NCBI GenBank assembly: GCA_030264375.1
Contig: JASCQW010000098.1
Location: forward strand, 76,303,551 to 76,367,550
Origin: Carcharhinus longimanus
Taxonomy: Eukaryota
Reading direction: 5' to 3'
Length of the DNA: 64,000 bases
The position numbers were made by a program, and so were the translations under genes. Numbering within the stretch: position 1 is the stretch's first letter; every line of letters begins with the position of its first letter. The notes beneath the pieces are model-generated. The model saw only the letters and a list, made by a program, of their open reading frames with translations, was not told the DNA's origin and did no database searches. Shown here piece after piece: positions 62,401 through 64,000 of this stretch.

Positions 62401-64000
62401 CATGATGCATTCAAAACCTCAGGATTTTGCTACCAAAATCTCCCTCTTTTTAAAATTTGATTGGAAACGTAGTTTGGCTTCTCAAAATCGATTGACTGTG
62501 CAGAGTGACCTTAATGGAGACTTTGATGCGACTTTTGCAGAAGACTAAATAATGTATTTGTTAATGCCGTAAATTTTGGGGTATGAATTTTAAAAGTCTC
62601 AGTACCATATTTTGCTGTTCCTGCTAAACAGCAGTTGATAAAAAAATTACACCCATTTGTTCTGCTAAAGTCTCAACAAAAATTGCTGCAACACAAATTG
62701 ATGAAATGCAGTACATGGTGCACACTGCTCCTCAGAAATTGCATTGCTGGTTCCTTCCAGAATCCAAATCTCTCTACTAAGTAAATCAATTTTCATGTGC
62801 ATTAAGGTCCAATAACTGACTGAGGTCCTGCCACAATAACATGCACGAAGGAAGTTTTTTGTTTAAAAATGAGGGGCACAGTCTCTCTCATGATTAGAGC
62901 TCTACCTACTCTAATTCTACATGAAAATCTCCTCCCAGAACATCTGCTTAGTCACTGAAATGCAGTGTCCTAGGTTTTCTGATTGCATTGCTACGAGTAA
63001 TTAAAACCTTAGATGGCATCTCTTGACGTTGTAATGATTGATTAAAAATTGAACAAATAGTTCTGTGTGCAAATATGTTTCTAAAAAGGTGCCATATCCA
63101 CCACACCTTGATCAGGAAAGTATGCCTCTGCTCCAAGATATCGGACGTCCATTTCAGCAGTGCACACAATTCCATTCCTCATTCTTTGTCTCCAGCAGGC
63201 CAAGCTGGTTCATGGTCAACCTTTGGGTGCTTAATGCTTCAGAAAGCATGGGAGAAGGAAGAGCACTCAATGTGAAGCCCTATGTTTCCAGCTGAATCAA
63301 TAGTCTGGACTCTTGTCCAATTCATTCATGCCAATGCCTCTCACGAGCTTGCCCAGGCTTTTACTGCTTTCCAAATATAAAGCAAACAAAAAACACAACA
63401 GAATGTCACCTAATTTAAGATTACAAATAACTGGCCTTTCATTGTCTGAACCAGAGAGTCATCCAACTGTTTTTAAACTGTCATGGTGTTAACTGATTCT
63501 TTGTCCTACTGAGGAGGAATATGTACTTGTGGTAGATTCCAGGCTTGGATTCCTTCTCCACTTTTAGCCAAAGGCAAAACACTGGTTCCTTTCTAAAGCT
63601 ATAGAGGTTTTGCCACCACAAATAATTGGCACAATTACACAGTGATCCCTTCACTGTTCTTTCTGCAATGTAATATGCAAATTTTGCTCCTGCATTTAAA
63701 GGCAACTGGGTGTGACATTCTTCACCCGCCTCCCCCATCATCCGAAACAAAAGATGAATGTGGACTTTCAAAATCAGACCAACCACTGAGATGATAAATT
63801 AAATCATGAGGGCTGAGTAAAAGCTGCAAAACAACCGGACCTGATTTTGTTTTTAGTTACTGAGTTCGTTTGATACGATTCCTTTCCTTACCTGCTCTGA
63901 CAATAAAATGTAGAGATTGTCACAACGTTTGAGGAGTTGTCTCTCAAAATAGTCAAAAGAGATTATTAGCAATGGGTAGGATGTTTAAGTGTTCACTTTT

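Overview
Repeat-rich vertebrate genomic DNA from a shark (cartilaginous fish), judged by abundant HE1-type V-SINEs and CR1/HER1 LINEs. It is a draft assembly with many N gaps. The only host protein-coding sequence I can support is the 3' part of MTUS2 on the + strand. Six GT-AG exons (16097-16311, 18498-18603, 22632-22705, 34568-34687, 37378-37475, 38586-38796) splice in frame to the MTUS2 coiled-coil C-terminus, but one expected 33-aa exon is not visible. A strong minus-strand poly(A) signal near 54.99 kb probably ends a convergent neighbour (SLC7A1 by synteny; inference). The rest is layered transposon debris: V-SINEs with two alternative tails, other SINEs, CR1, L2, Rex1/Babar, RTE and Penelope retroelements, solo LTR-like insertions, and a Harbinger system (Myb/SANT and transposase remnants plus MITEs with 3-bp TSDs). 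The most notable observations are ~200-bp palindromic Penelope-derived elements carrying minimal hammerhead ribozyme motifs, one family with a compensatory U3-A8 core; an exon pair flanked by inverted SINEs that could form a stop-free 321-nt circle; and a 113-bp locally templated insertion. Repeat family names come from recalled consensus motifs, not searches, and repeat boundaries are approximate. Almost all ORFs in the supplied track are spurious.
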